The position numbers were made by a program, and so were the translations under genes. Shown here one piece after another: positions 45,095-53,715 of a stretch of 64,000 bases of DNA (positions are counted from its first letter, which is position 1; each line of letters starts with the position of its first letter). Under the pieces are notes generated by a model, which saw only the letters and a program-made list of their open reading frames with translations, ran no database searches and was not told the origin of the DNA. The DNA is from Escherichia phage phiP4. The DNA lies in sequence record PP993145.1. One strand, 5' to 3'.

Positions 45095-45694
45095 TTACTC
45101 TTCTTTATGCTCCTCTGATTGAGGTAACTGGGCTTTATTATATTGCTCAGATCGATATTTTGCCAAGATTTCAATACGCTTATGGATTTCTTTGCTATCT
45201 AGATAGATATTTTTGTTGTCTTTTACCATCTCGTCGATTTCGTCTATTGAGAAGAACGGATAGTAGACATCTAGCATCATATCTTCTACGAACTTGTTGT
45301 AAGATTCATAGGCTTTCTTGATTTCTTGACCCTTCTCACAGAATCCGCCAGAGAACGTGTGTCCCATTAGCGTAGCATGTGGATGTACTACCCACCCATG
45401 GCAGGATAAGAAAATTGTGCAGTAAGCAGAAGCACTAGGACCAACCAGATGTCCTATAACTGTTCCACGGCAATTAGCAATTAAGTTAGATAACTGTGCA
45501 GCAGTATCAACATAACCACCCGGGCCATTAATCATCAGATTAATTTCGTCGTCCTCATGTGCCTGCATAAGTACCATTGATAAATCACGGTATTCATCAG
45601 GTGGACCTAATTCTTCATCAAAGAAAAAGGTATACTCATTAGATTGGCGAATGGAGTGAAACAGGTTAGTCTTTTCTTCTTTTTTATTAGTCAT
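45095..45694 (-). CDS. ClpP-family (S14-like) serine protease (199 aa)
   Basis: The pattern INGPGGYVDTAAQLSNLI...GPSASAYCTIFL...HPHATLMGHTFSGG parallels ClpP (INSPGG...AASMG...IHQPxGG). Confidence 0.65.
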   Translation of the reverse strand: MTNKKEEKTNLFHSIRQSNEYTFFFDEELGPPDEYRDLSMVLMQAHEDDEINLMINGPGGYVDTAAQLSNLIANCRGTVIGHLVGPSASAYCTIFLSCHGWVVHPHATLMGHTFSGGFCEKGQEIKKAYESYNKFVEDMMLDVYYPFFSIDEIDEMVKDNKNIYLDSKEIHKRIEILAKYRSEQYNKAQLPQSEEHKEE

Positions 45695-45706
45695 AGCGAT
45701 CCTTGA

Positions 45707-46459
45707 TTATCCAACTAGTGGTTCTAGCTCTAAGTCACAGAAGTTATAAACTTCTAGTTTAAGGTTATTGATACCATCGAATTTATTAACTAATTCGTGA
45801 GTAATATATTTTGCAGGAATACCACTTTCAGATGGATGATCTGATTTAATAGTGAACTTCTGCTCAGCGGGCACTACATTTACTATCAAAGAATCCATAT
45901 CTAAATGGTTTGTTTCTCTGAGTAACTCTCCTTCATTGGGGAATCTAACATCTGTTATTACGGCGACATCTGGGTCGTCTTTAGCGATGGATTGCTCCAG
46001 AATTATGAGCCAAATGCGTTCATGCACCAGCTGCCTTCCTAGCTCTGTCCCTACGAGCTGTAACATTTTTCTCGGAGAAATAAATAAACTATAAAGTCCG
46101 TCTTCTTTATTCTCTGAGATAAGTTGTTGAGGATTAAGGTATTTTTCCTCAAAAATAGGCCAAACGTACGAGAAGTCTTCAAACTTATCGATACCGTACT
46201 TAAACCATACATCTCTGGCTCGCTCCAATTGAGATTGTGTGACCGTAAACCATTGGTCAATCTCTTTTCCTCTGCGCTCTCCTAGAAACTCTGGAGTTAC
46301 ACCGAGGATTACGGATGCAAGTTCATAAACTGGCTTAGCAAAACTATAACGACGAGAAAAACACGTTGGATACGTGTCATTACACCAATCGATAATTAAT
46401 TTTGCAACGGTATCTTTTCCCGAACCAGCTTCACCATGTAAACCGACTAATACTGACAT
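45707..46459 (-). CDS. dnk: Deoxynucleoside monophosphate kinase (250 aa)
   Basis: P-loop GLHGEAGSGKDT. The 250 aa equals T5 dNMP kinase as I recall it. Confidence 0.75.
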   Translation of the reverse strand: MSVLVGLHGEAGSGKDTVAKLIIDWCNDTYPTCFSRRYSFAKPVYELASVILGVTPEFLGERRGKEIDQWFTVTQSQLERARDVWFKYGIDKFEDFSYVWPIFEEKYLNPQQLISENKEDGLYSLFISPRKMLQLVGTELGRQLVHERIWLIILEQSIAKDDPDVAVITDVRFPNEGELLRETNHLDMDSLIVNVVPAEQKFTIKSDHPSESGIPAKYITHELVNKFDGINNLKLEVYNFCDLELEPLVG

Positions 46460-46812
46460 TAATCTTTCCTATTGTTAATTGGTGGATAATATACTAAACA
46501 ACGTTTTTCTTGCAAATCTTGACGATAGAAGCAAACCATACTTGTCAGTCGTGAAATATATGAATATTCTGCCTCACGGCATTTTGCCAACATATTCCAA
46601 TCTTTATATGGTACAACAACTACTACGCCATCTTCTCCATTTGTAGCTAATTTCTTTTCAAACTTAAAGTCAAAGCTACAAGGTTGAAGTCCTTTAGGCC
46701 AATCTACATGAGCTGTTGGTAACTCATGTGAGGGTTCTGACTCTATTTCTTGTGCACAGCCTGTGATTGTGATTGCGGCTGCGAGCAGTATTCCAAGTTT
46801 CCAGTTAAACAT
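46459..46812 (-). CDS. Outer-membrane lipoprotein spanin component (o-spanin-like, 117 aa)
   Basis: Lipobox LLAAAITITGC. Its start is embedded in the 3' end of the i-spanin-like gene. Confidence 0.6.
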   Translation of the reverse strand: MFNWKLGILLAAAITITGCAQEIESEPSHELPTAHVDWPKGLQPCSFDFKFEKKLATNGEDGVVVVVPYKDWNMLAKCREAEYSYISRLTSMVCFYRQDLQEKRCLVYYPPINNRKD

Positions 46813-47192
46813 GCTAATCTTTCCTCGAACTCTTTACTCTGCTTTTTAGCAATTAATGTTACCAATCCAGGCTTTGCAGCTATAATGTCTTGACGACTAA
46901 GTGCTTTATCAAGCTGACTAATTTTCTTATCTAAGTCTGCTTGAGAAATATTATTCATCGTGAAATACTGATTCATTCTAGTCTCACGAAGTTCACTTTC
47001 AGCTTTCACCTTATTAAGGGAAGTCTCTAGAGAAGAAATCTTTTTAGTAGCTACTGCAAGATCTCCCGCTAAAGTCTCCACTTTATCTACTAAGTGATAA
47101 GCACCGAATCCGATGCCTATCGCTAGACCTGCTCCCAGGATATACCACTTACCGTGCCATATTCCTGAAAGAAGTTTTTGTATCAAATCCAT
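46743..47192 (-). CDS. Inner-membrane spanin component (i-spanin-like, 149 aa)
   Basis: N-terminal TM segment (WYILGAGLAIGIGFGAY) and a coiled-coil periplasmic domain. It overlaps the lipoprotein gene by 70 nt. Confidence 0.6.
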   Translation of the reverse strand: MDLIQKLLSGIWHGKWYILGAGLAIGIGFGAYHLVDKVETLAGDLAVATKKISSLETSLNKVKAESELRETRMNQYFTMNNISQADLDKKISQLDKALSRQDIIAAKPGLVTLIAKKQSKEFEERLACLTGNLEYCSQPQSQSQAVHKK

Positions 47193-47847
47193 GCGCTGCT
47201 AACCTGTCTTTATCTGATACTTTAATCATATCAGGCTCACCAGTTCCTAGTACACCGAAGATATACTGTTCGAGAACTTGGTGTAAACGGTATAAGTTAC
47301 TTTCAATTTCCTGCCACGGAATACCTGACTGATGGAAACGAATGTTAGTCTGAATTACGAAGTTACGAACATCATCGTTATCGTTCTTTTTAATACCTTT
47401 CACATATGCAATCGGTACGCGCAGTTCGGATAAGATACGTTCTGCTTTAGGTTTTGCTTCAGCTAGCAGATCACGCATTGTTTCACGAACATCTCCACGA
47501 CTCTTATCCATTAAGTAAGAGCGAGCATGCAATCCCATCTCTTCCATTTTATCGAACATAGTGTCGAGATTAAACGTTTTGAAGCTAAATGCTGGATGCC
47601 AGCAGTACAGCTCGTGTAACCAGTAAACTTCACCTGCAACAAACAGTGGATTTACGAAGTATTCGAAATCACCACGGAAAGATAGTGAACCATCACGAAA
47701 TACCTGGCGAGTATGCACAATGTTCTTTTCTGCATCATCGGTTACTTTAACCAGCAACTCCTCAGTTTTACGTTCCCACACACGATCTGGGTCGAACAAA
47801 CTGTTCTGCAAATCATACACATCGGCGAACTTAGAAATAATCCTCAT
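47149..47847 (-). CDS. Hypothetical early protein (232 aa)
   Basis: First ORF after the promoter at 47879. Confidence 0.65.
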   Translation of the reverse strand: MRIISKFADVYDLQNSLFDPDRVWERKTEELLVKVTDDAEKNIVHTRQVFRDGSLSFRGDFEYFVNPLFVAGEVYWLHELYCWHPAFSFKTFNLDTMFDKMEEMGLHARSYLMDKSRGDVRETMRDLLAEAKPKAERILSELRVPIAYVKGIKKNDNDDVRNFVIQTNIRFHQSGIPWQEIESNLYRLHQVLEQYIFGVLGTGEPDMIKVSDKDRLAAHGFDTKTSFRNMAR

Positions 47848-47878
47848 ATTTAATCCTCTTGCCTCAATCTATAAACAT

Positions 47879-47907
47879 ATTATACAAAAGTTTGGGCATC
47901 TAAGCAA
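47879..47907 (-). promoter_or_regulatory. T5 early-type promoter (-35 TTGCTT, 17 bp, -10 TATAAT)
   Basis: The plus strand reads attata-N17-aagcaa. Confidence 0.65.
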
Positions 47908-47920
47908 CTAAAATTTTATT

Positions 47921-47957
47921 ATAAAAATAGCCCAGTCGCAAAAGTGCAGGCTGGGCT
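47921..47957 (-). terminator. Rho-independent terminator
   Basis: AGCCCAG...CTGGGCT stem followed on the minus strand by ATTTTTAT. Confidence 0.6.
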
Positions 47958-48001
47958 TTGTCATTATTTGCTTTTGCTAGTAAGTTGATTTAGTATCAAT
48001 C

Positions 48002-48346
48002 TTATGTAATATTAGTTTCTCTAGCTTTGCGTAGTACCCCTGCGTTTCTCCACAATTTGATGTCAGCAACTGTTTCTTTATATGGAGCAATGGTAGAACC
48101 AATTGGGCCAGCAACTAATAACCCAAAGAACCCTACAATACGCATGTAGAACAAGCATTCTTTGGCTGTCATATTATTTACTGCTTTTTTCTGCTTTTCA
48201 TCTTTAAACTTCTGTTCTTGATCATCAATACGTAGATACTTAATAAACCATTCAGCAGAATATTCGTCCAAATGTCTAATAATAGCTATCGCATATACAG
48301 CACCGATTAAAAACCAAGTTGTAACAAGAATTAGTAATATAGTCAT
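48002..48346 (-). CDS. Membrane protein (114 aa from SD-preceded ATG 48346)
   Basis: ACTGGAGATAATATG context. TM segments at the N-terminus and in the middle. Confidence 0.55.
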   Translation of the reverse strand: MTILLILVTTWFLIGAVYAIAIIRHLDEYSAEWFIKYLRIDDQEQKFKDEKQKKAVNNMTAKECLFYMRIVGFFGLLVAGPIGSTIAPYKETVADIKLWRNAGVLRKARETNIT

Positions 48347-48456
48347 ATTATCTCCAGTTATGGCTAGCAGCCACCTCACCACTTACCGCACTAAGGGGCA
48401 CGACTCCCTTATCCGTAACAGTTGCAGGTGACGCAACTCGGTCCTACGCGAGTTCT
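48347..48456 (-). ncRNA. G+C-rich structured intergenic element (candidate small RNA / leader)
   Basis: 110-nt ORF-free spacer, visibly far more G+C-rich than its flanks. Stems AACTCG/CGAGTT, AAGGG/CCCTT and TCACC/GGTGA are seen on the minus-strand reading. Confidence 0.3.
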
Positions 48457-48741
48457 TTAAGTATTCTGCATTTCAGCTTTAAATTTTTTCATATTACGAG
48501 TTTTTCTATAAAAGAAAAACACAGATGTTGGGCCTAGAAGAATATCTACAATAAATATCATAGATCTAGCACATCTGAGTAATGTTTTATCATCAAGAGG
48601 TGGCAGATCTAACGGTCGAGTTTTATGTATAACGTATAATATTACATCTTTATTCTTAGAAATATACAGATCATCAACCAAGCTGTAAATAGCAACCACA
48701 GATCCAATGACGAACCAAAGAGCAAATGGAGAGATAATCAT
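48457..48741 (-). CDS. Membrane protein (94 aa)
   Basis: Two hydrophobic segments. Confidence 0.55.
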   Translation of the reverse strand: MIISPFALWFVIGSVVAIYSLVDDLYISKNKDVILYVIHKTRPLDLPPLDDKTLLRCARSMIFIVDILLGPTSVFFFYRKTRNMKKFKAEMQNT

Positions 48742-49034
48742 TTCAGATCCTTTTCATTAATTAGAATATTAGTAAACAGTGGAGTAAATCCTAGACTCAT
48801 AGTGGGTCCAAAGGTTTTCATAGCTACCCATAACTGCAGGGTAATCATCCCATCTTTAATCTCTGGATCTTTATATTCACCAATACGTTTTTTGGCAAAG
48901 GCAACTACATCTGGGTTATTTTTATTTTCCTGAATATAGTCATGCCAAAACTGAGTATTCTCACTACGTAGGAATGTTAAAACATCCTTAGTTGCTGGGA
49001 TCTGCACTGTGCTGTTGATGTTTAGTCTTTTCAC
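48738..49034 (-). CDS. Hypothetical protein (98 aa)
   Basis: ORF with an ATGA overlap with the downstream gene. Confidence 0.55.
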   Translation of the reverse strand: MKRLNINSTVQIPATKDVLTFLRSENTQFWHDYIQENKNNPDVVAFAKKRIGEYKDPEIKDGMITLQLWVAMKTFGPTMSLGFTPLFTNILINEKDLK

Positions 49035-49431
49035 GTTCTTCTCTCCGACGTTTACTTTCTTTCATCATATGAGCTGCTACAACTTCATGGTAGTAGTCAT
49101 TAATGTTACCTTCTGGCAAGAAATGCTTAATAGTCTCTAACTGACAAATAACTCGATGAAGATGGTTATTTGGTAGACACAATTTTATACCTGCAACAAA
49201 TCCTGAGAAGCCTGGAATACTGAACATGGGTTTGGCTTCTACTCTACCTTCAGAGTTGATGTTAAGCTCAATTGAAATACCCATTTTCATGCTATAAAGC
49301 TGGCAATATTCTCCATTACCAGACCTTGACCAAACAGTGAAGTCCTCATCAATTTGATCTTGGATTTCTGTAATTGCAAATTTAATTCTAGGGTCTAAAT
49401 TATTCATCTTCACCTTCAAAGTCGCAATCAT
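48988..49431 (-). CDS. Hypothetical protein (147 aa)
   Basis: ORF only; no motif recognised. Confidence 0.55.
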   Translation of the reverse strand: MIATLKVKMNNLDPRIKFAITEIQDQIDEDFTVWSRSGNGEYCQLYSMKMGISIELNINSEGRVEAKPMFSIPGFSGFVAGIKLCLPNNHLHRVICQLETIKHFLPEGNINDYYHEVVAAHMMKESKRRREEREKTKHQQHSADPSN

Positions 49432-49699
49432 AACGACAAGTAAAAGAATCAGAACTATTAGTACGTTGAGTGGTTATTTCACCGCGTTTGCTAATAGTAA
49501 CGGCTGGAGTAGAGAAGTTTTTATTAGTATATATTTCTACTTTACCATTACGTTCCTTAACATCACGAACTTTACCATACTCGGTAATAATGCCGTTCTG
49601 TTGGACTTTAACATTACCATTTTTCATAGAAACTTTGGTAGACGCCAGAGAACCGAAACTAACTGCGGAGATCATCAGTGCAATAATAAACTTATTCAT
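49400..49699 (-). CDS. Secreted/periplasmic small protein (99 aa from ATG 49699)
   Basis: Signal peptide MNKFIIALMISAVSFGSLAS, preceded by an SD (GGAGG). The ORF-track start at 49786 is unlikely. Confidence 0.55.
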   Translation of the reverse strand: MNKFIIALMISAVSFGSLASTKVSMKNGNVKVQQNGIITEYGKVRDVKERNGKVEIYTNKNFSTPAVTISKRGEITTQRTNSSDSFTCRYDCDFEGEDE

Positions 49700-49973
49700 C
49701 TTCATCCTCCCCACTACAATCACGACATACATCATAATCGTTGAAAGAACGTTCGTGGGCTTCACACCACCAAGAACAAGAATCACAGAGAAACATTTCG
49801 GTTTTCTCCAGTGCTTGACCTAAAAGATCATCAGCTTCCTCAGCAGTAATCTTCAATCCGCACACATCTGCCACACGTTCTTTAATTAAACGACCTGCTT
49901 CGTGGTAAGACATACAGGTTCCCGCAACATCATGTTCAAGAACATGAACAGCACAGTCTAGACGAGTTTTCAT
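49692..49973 (-). CDS. Cys-rich acidic protein (93 aa)
   Basis: C-terminal CDSCSWWCEAH...CRDC is a zinc-binding-like cluster. Confidence 0.55.
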   Translation of the reverse strand: MKTRLDCAVHVLEHDVAGTCMSYHEAGRLIKERVADVCGLKITAEEADDLLGQALEKTEMFLCDSCSWWCEAHERSFNDYDVCRDCSGEDEDE

Positions 49974-50003
49974 TTCAAACCTCTCTCATCAATTTATAAA
50001 CAT

Positions 50004-50032
50004 ATTATAGCAAGAAAAGAGAGGTTTAGCAA
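50004..50032 (-). promoter_or_regulatory. T5 early-type promoter (-35 TTGCTA, 17 bp, -10 TATAAT)
   Basis: The plus strand reads attata-N17-tagcaa. Confidence 0.65.
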
Positions 50033-50049
50033 ATGAATTATTTCAGAAT

Positions 50050-50397
50050 TTAGTCATAGCACCACCATAACCCACGTTTACGCATGTCATGATCGCGATT
50101 ATAATCATAATTTTCTGGATCTTTCATCACGCGGTGGAGTTCTTGACGATTCCCTTGACGAACCATTTTATTAGAATGCCACTTAACATTCTTACTAATA
50201 GAATTCCAGTTATAACCATCCTTTTTCTCATTACGAATGGTTGCTTCCTTCATTTCTTTTTTGATGTCGTCCCAGGATTTGGCATAAATAACACGAATCC
50301 AGTAGCCATTTTCTTTGAGGAAAGAATATTCTTGAGAGAATTGTTCTTTAGACTTCCACCACTGATCACCAGATTGTCTACGATAAGTACGGCTCAT
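50050..50397 (-). CDS. Hypothetical basic Trp-rich protein (115 aa)
   Basis: ORF only; no motif recognised. Confidence 0.55.
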   Translation of the reverse strand: MSRTYRRQSGDQWWKSKEQFSQEYSFLKENGYWIRVIYAKSWDDIKKEMKEATIRNEKKDGYNWNSISKNVKWHSNKMVRQGNRQELHRVMKDPENYDYNRDHDMRKRGLWWCYD

Positions 50398-50473
50398 ATT
50401 ACCTCCATTAAGTCTTTTAAATTAACCTAATGTGGATGAATTTTATTATACATATATTATGTACCTTTATACA

Positions 50474-50508
50474 GAAAAACCCCAGACTACTTATTCAATA
50501 GCTGGGGT
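50474..50508 (-). terminator. Rho-independent terminator
   Basis: CCCCAG...CTGGGG stem followed on the minus strand by TTTTTCTG. Confidence 0.65.
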
Positions 50509-50518
50509 TTGTTATTAA

Positions 50519-50824
50519 TTACAGATCGGGGCGTTCATCTTCGAACGCTACGAAGCCATCAAATTCATCATTTGAAATACCACCAGTATAGGTGATGTCC
50601 GCAATCATCGCTTCCATTTTCCTGATCTCCGAGGTTTTCATACCTGCTTTACTATTCTTATAATATTTGCGAGGGTTCCCACACATCCAACAAGAACAGA
50701 TGCAAGGAGTAGTAGTGATAATACCTAACCGCTTAGGGCTTTCTTCATGTGGAAAGACTGTCCAATACTTCTTACGGTTGTTCTTCACACGTTGCCGGTG
50801 ATGGCGTCTTAATGCTCGATCCAC
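50519..50824 (-). CDS. Basic Cys-cluster protein (101 aa, GTG start)
   Basis: CICSCWMCGNPRKY motif. An SD (AGGAGA) lies 6 nt upstream of the GTG. Confidence 0.5.
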   Translation of the reverse strand: MDRALRRHHRQRVKNNRKKYWTVFPHEESPKRLGIITTTPCICSCWMCGNPRKYYKNSKAGMKTSEIRKMEAMIADITYTGGISNDEFDGFVAFEDERPDL

Positions 50825-50905
50825 ACATTTCTCCTAAAACTTGGGAGATAAACGGAGTTTGCTCGACTACCTTGCGTAGCTGGGAGAAATCGTATCCAAA
50901 CCCCA

Positions 50906-51274
50906 TTACATCGCCTGAGTAAATGTACGACTAATAACGTCGTTCTGTTGTTCACGAGTCAGTGCATTAAATCGAACAGCGTAGCCAGAGACACGGATGG
51001 TCAACTGAGGATATTTTTCAGGATGTTTCTGCGCATCCAAAAGCTGATCACGGCTTAACACATTGACATTTAGGTGCTGACCACCTTCGATTTGAGGGAC
51101 GACTTCCACCTTAACTTCACGGAAGGATTCAGGATCGAATTGCGGTGTGATACCTTCTAGATCTTCAACTAGAACTTTCTGTTTAAGTTCACCGTTGTCG
51201 GAGTATAGCTGAATAATCTGATTTTCATGAACAAGGTTAATTACGCCAGATTTAAGATTTTGATATGCTTTCAT
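50906..51274 (-). CDS. grcA: Autonomous glycyl radical cofactor GrcA/YfiD-like protein (122 aa)
   Basis: C-terminus [29 protein letters not shown] closely matches the glycyl-radical motif RVSGYAV and the tail of E. coli GrcA/PflB. Confidence 0.8.
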   Translation of the reverse strand: MKAYQNLKSGVINLVHENQIIQLYSDNGELKQKVLVEDLEGITPQFDPESFREVKVEVVPQIEGGQHLNVNVLSRDQLLDAQKHPEKYPQLTIRVSGYAVRFNALTREQQNDVISRTFTQAM

Positions 51275-51316
51275 TAGATCTCCCCGATGTTAGAATTTGG
51301 CTCAGCTTTTTATTCT

Positions 51317-51511
51317 TTATACTTTTCCATAGTATACGGAAACTGTCTTACCAGTTTGGTTCATGACATATGCTACTTCATCTTCTTTTAAAAAGATGGC
51401 TTGGTCTACTCCAACTATAGCCAATCTTTTATTTCTAGGATTAAAGCTTACACTTTTGCCTGTATGAATCTGTTCCCCATTCTTGGCTGACATTATTTTA
51501 ATTGTTAACAT
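51317..51511 (-). CDS. Hypothetical protein (64 aa)
   Basis: ORF only; no motif recognised. Confidence 0.5.
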   Translation of the reverse strand: MLTIKIMSAKNGEQIHTGKSVSFNPRNKRLAIVGVDQAIFLKEDEVAYVMNQTGKTVSVYYGKV

Positions 51512-51548
51512 AGCTGCTCCTAAATTTAGCTATCTCTAGCTATTTTAA

Positions 51549-51624
51549 TGGTAGTTAGTAGTGGATTTGAACCACTGTAATCGCTCCGTATGAAGGAGGT
51601 GCATAACCGCTCTGCCAACTAACT
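51549..51624 (-). tRNA. tRNA with CAT anticodon (Met or Ile2/lysidine type)
   Basis: Acceptor AGTTAGT/ACTAACT, A73, encoded CCA. Anticodon loop TTCATAC, T arm AGTGG-TTCAAAT-CCACT. Confidence 0.75.
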
Positions 51625-51720
51625 ATTATGTTTTACTAGACTAAGTAAGTATTCTTTATACTCTTTAGTCCAATTAGCTTTTTTAAACTTTCCTGGACGC
51701 ATAGTCTTAATTCCTAAATT

Positions 51721-51797
51721 TGGTACTCCGGGAGGGATTTAAACCCCCGATCTCTCGGTTATCAGCCGAGTGCTTTAGATCGCTAAGCTACCGAAGT
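51721..51797 (-). tRNA. tRNA-Ile (GAT)
   Basis: Acceptor ACTTCGG/CCGGAGT, anticodon arm CTCGG-CTGATAA-CCGAG, encoded CCA. Confidence 0.8.
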
Positions 51798-51798
51798 A

Positions 51799-52005
51799 TT
51801 AACATTTTACAGCAGAACGTTTGCCATTTCTAGGCGCACCTGGAAGTCGTGCACGTTCTGCCATTATTCGCTTAATCTTTGAGATATTTTCTAGTGTTTG
51901 TTTTTCAGGCTTAATACCTGAAACACTACACCACTGACTACCATCCCATGCGGTAATGATCATAACACCATTACTCATGATCTTTTCTGTGAAAGTAATC
52001 CTCAT
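51799..52005 (-). CDS. Hypothetical protein (68 aa from ATG 52005, TAATG-coupled)
   Basis: ORF that abuts the tRNA-Ile 5' end. Confidence 0.5.
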   Translation of the reverse strand: MRITFTEKIMSNGVMIITAWDGSQWCSVSGIKPEKQTLENISKIKRIMAERARLPGAPRNGKRSAVKC

Positions 52006-52298
52006 TATAGCAACTCGTCTAAGCAAGAGGTATATTTAAGTTTACCATCTTTATCTACTTTGATTTCGACTTCCGCTCGTGGTACTTGACGAACTACACC
52101 ATGAATCATCTTATAGCGAATGCCTTTAGCTGGTTCATGCTCTTTTGGAAATACTTGCTTAACCGTTACTACCTTGAAACCCTCACGCGGTGTTAACACT
52201 ACTACTTGATCACCTTTTTTGATCTTCCAAGAGCTAGGAAATTCATAGGTATAGCGTTGACCACCAGTTTGGAACACAACAGAAAGATAACGTTTCAT
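52005..52298 (-). CDS. Hypothetical protein (97 aa)
   Basis: First ORF after the promoter at 52329. Confidence 0.55.
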   Translation of the reverse strand: MKRYLSVVFQTGGQRYTYEFPSSWKIKKGDQVVVLTPREGFKVVTVKQVFPKEHEPAKGIRYKMIHGVVRQVPRAEVEIKVDKDGKLKYTSCLDELL

Positions 52299-52328
52299 TT
52301 GGTTTCCCTCTCATTAATTTATATAAAT

Positions 52329-52357
52329 ATTATAACAAGAAATAAGAGAGAAAGCAA
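52329..52357 (-). promoter_or_regulatory. T5 early-type promoter (-35 TTGCTT, 17 bp, -10 TATAAT)
   Basis: The plus strand reads attata-N17-aagcaa. Confidence 0.65.
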
Positions 52358-52365
52358 ATGAATTT

Positions 52366-52533
52366 TTAATAGAGTTTAGTCACTTCATAAACTATACTAC
52401 GAGATTCTTTATTACGTTCTATTAAATTAGCGTATGCTTTTTCAGCTTCGTTTTTAGTATTAAAGTCTATAACGTGGGAGGTATTAGCTCTGTTTGATTG
52501 ACTATACCAGATAACTACTAGGAGTTTAAACAT
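52366..52533 (-). CDS. Small protein (55 aa from SD-preceded ATG 52533)
   Basis: TAAGGACTAGTATG context. The ORF-track start at 52560 would overlap the tRNA at 52548. Confidence 0.45.
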   Translation of the reverse strand: MFKLLVVIWYSQSNRANTSHVIDFNTKNEAEKAYANLIERNKESRSIVYEVTKLY

Positions 52534-52547
52534 ACTAGTCCTTAAAT

Positions 52548-52634
52548 TGGTGCTGGGCACAGGATTCGAACCTGCAGTGGGATTACTCCTCCTGATTACA
52601 AATCAGGTGCATTCAACCATTCTGCCAACCCAGC
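52548..52634 (-). tRNA. tRNA with TGT (Thr) anticodon and a 15-nt long variable arm (class II-like architecture)
   Basis: Acceptor GCTGGGT/GCCCAGC, A73, CCA. D arm TGGCAGAATGGTTGAATGCA (Ser-like), anticodon arm CCTGA-TTTGTAA-TCAGG, variable region AGGAGTAATCCCACT, T arm GCAGG-TTCGAAT-CCTGT. Confidence 0.65.
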
Positions 52635-52642
52635 AGAACCCG

Positions 52643-52807
52643 TTATTTCAACGGGATTTCTTTTTCAATAACAGGAGACTTATCAGTCATAACTGTCATT
52701 GCCATTTGTTGTAGAAATTCAAAGGTGAAGGCTACACGTTCTTCACCAATCTCTACTTCTACACGTTTCTTTTGTTTATCGATCTTGACTTTTAGGTTAT
52801 CAGCCAT
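52643..52807 (-). CDS. Small protein (54 aa), not in ORF track
   Basis: Hand-translated as MADNLKVKIDKQKKRVEVEIGEERVAFTFEFLQQMAMTVMTDKSPVIEKEIPLK. Its start overlaps the stop of the upstream ORF. Confidence 0.4.
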   Translation of the reverse strand: MADNLKVKIDKQKKRVEVEIGEERVAFTFEFLQQMAMTVMTDKSPVIEKEIPLK

Positions 52808-53021
52808 CTTCGGGTTCTCGTTGCTGTGCTACTTCTAGCCAGTCTGGTAGAAGAAACTTTGTACGAAATTCTTCGTAAGTTTCTTTGGGATAAAAGCTAA
52901 AACCTCCTTTCTCATCATTCAGGATAACAGAGCCGTCCGTTTGTTCGTATGCTCGGTATGTTTCTCCAATAACAATAACTCGTTTATCGGTACTTTTATT
53001 ACGAAACTCAAAAACGTGCAT
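52800..53021 (-). CDS. Hypothetical protein (73 aa)
   Basis: ORF only; no motif recognised. Confidence 0.5.
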   Translation of the reverse strand: MHVFEFRNKSTDKRVIVIGETYRAYEQTDGSVILNDEKGGFSFYPKETYEEFRTKFLLPDWLEVAQQREPEDG

Positions 53022-53037
53022 AACGTTTCCTTAAAGT

Positions 53038-53113
53038 TGGAGCGGCTAGAGGGAATCGAACCCTACTCAGCGAGGCTTGGAAGGCCTGCGACACAACCCG
53101 TGTGCTTAACCGC
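53038..53113 (-). tRNA. tRNA-Gly (TCC)
   Basis: Acceptor GCGGTTA/TAGCCGC, anticodon loop CTTCCAA, T loop TTCGATT, encoded CCA. Confidence 0.75.
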
Positions 53114-53121
53114 TTATTATT

Positions 53122-53197
53122 TGGCTGGAGAAGGAGGAATCGAACCTACCATTAACGGAGTCAAAGGCCGTTGTGCTAACCGTTACACTACTCTCCA
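53122..53197 (-). tRNA. tRNA-Gln (TTG)
   Basis: U1:A72 and G73 as in E. coli tRNA-Gln. Anticodon loop CTTTGAC, encoded CCA. Confidence 0.8.
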
Positions 53198-53203
53198 ATT
53201 GTT

Positions 53204-53279
53204 TGGCTGGGATGCCACGGATCGAACGTGGAACCTTCGGAGTCAGAGGCCGACGATCTGCCAATTGATCTACATCCCA
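53204..53279 (-). tRNA. tRNA-Gln (CTG)
   Basis: U1:A72 and G73. Anticodon loop CTCTGAC, encoded CCA. Confidence 0.75.
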
Positions 53280-53288
53280 AGAATGCTA

Positions 53289-53525
53289 TTAGCTAGATGC
53301 TGTTTCTACTGGCTGAGAAACAGCAGGCTGTTCTAACGTATCTGGTGCTGATACAGAGAAAAGAGCTTGTAATGCTGCAATATCACGCTCGTAAGTATCA
53401 ATACGAGTAGTAAGAGTATCTACCATCTGTTTATGGTAGGATAAGTTATTCTGAGATTCATCTCGAAGAGTTTGCAGTTCTGCAAGACGTGTTAACATAA
53501 TTTCACTAATTAAAGCATTACTCAT
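53289..53525 (-). CDS. Coiled-coil protein (78 aa)
   Basis: ORF only; no motif recognised. Confidence 0.5.
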   Translation of the reverse strand: MSNALISEIMLTRLAELQTLRDESQNNLSYHKQMVDTLTTRIDTYERDIAALQALFSVSAPDTLEQPAVSQPVETASS

Positions 53526-53715
53526 TTGTTTCTCCTAAGTTTTCCTGTTCTTCTAAACGTTTGCCTTCATGATCTACTCGAATAACTCCGCATCCTTCGC
53601 AAATCACAACTGCACCATAACCTTCTTTGACCTCAGCTTCTGTAATCAAACCAGAAAGATCACCAGTATCTCTGCCCCACATATCAATGGAGCATTGTTT
53701 GCAGAAATCAGCCAT
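53518..53715 (-). CDS. Zinc-ribbon-like protein (65 aa)
   Basis: CKQC...CEGC Cys pairs. Confidence 0.5.
   Translation of the reverse strand: MADFCKQCSIDMWGRDTGDLSGLITEAEVKEGYGAVVICEGCGVIRVDHEGKRLEEQENLGETNE

Noticed and set aside
50445-50473. A possible additional early promoter (attata at 50445)
   Set aside because: The -35 position reads TGTATA, which matches poorly. It is adjacent to a terminator and lacks the conserved cassette sequence.
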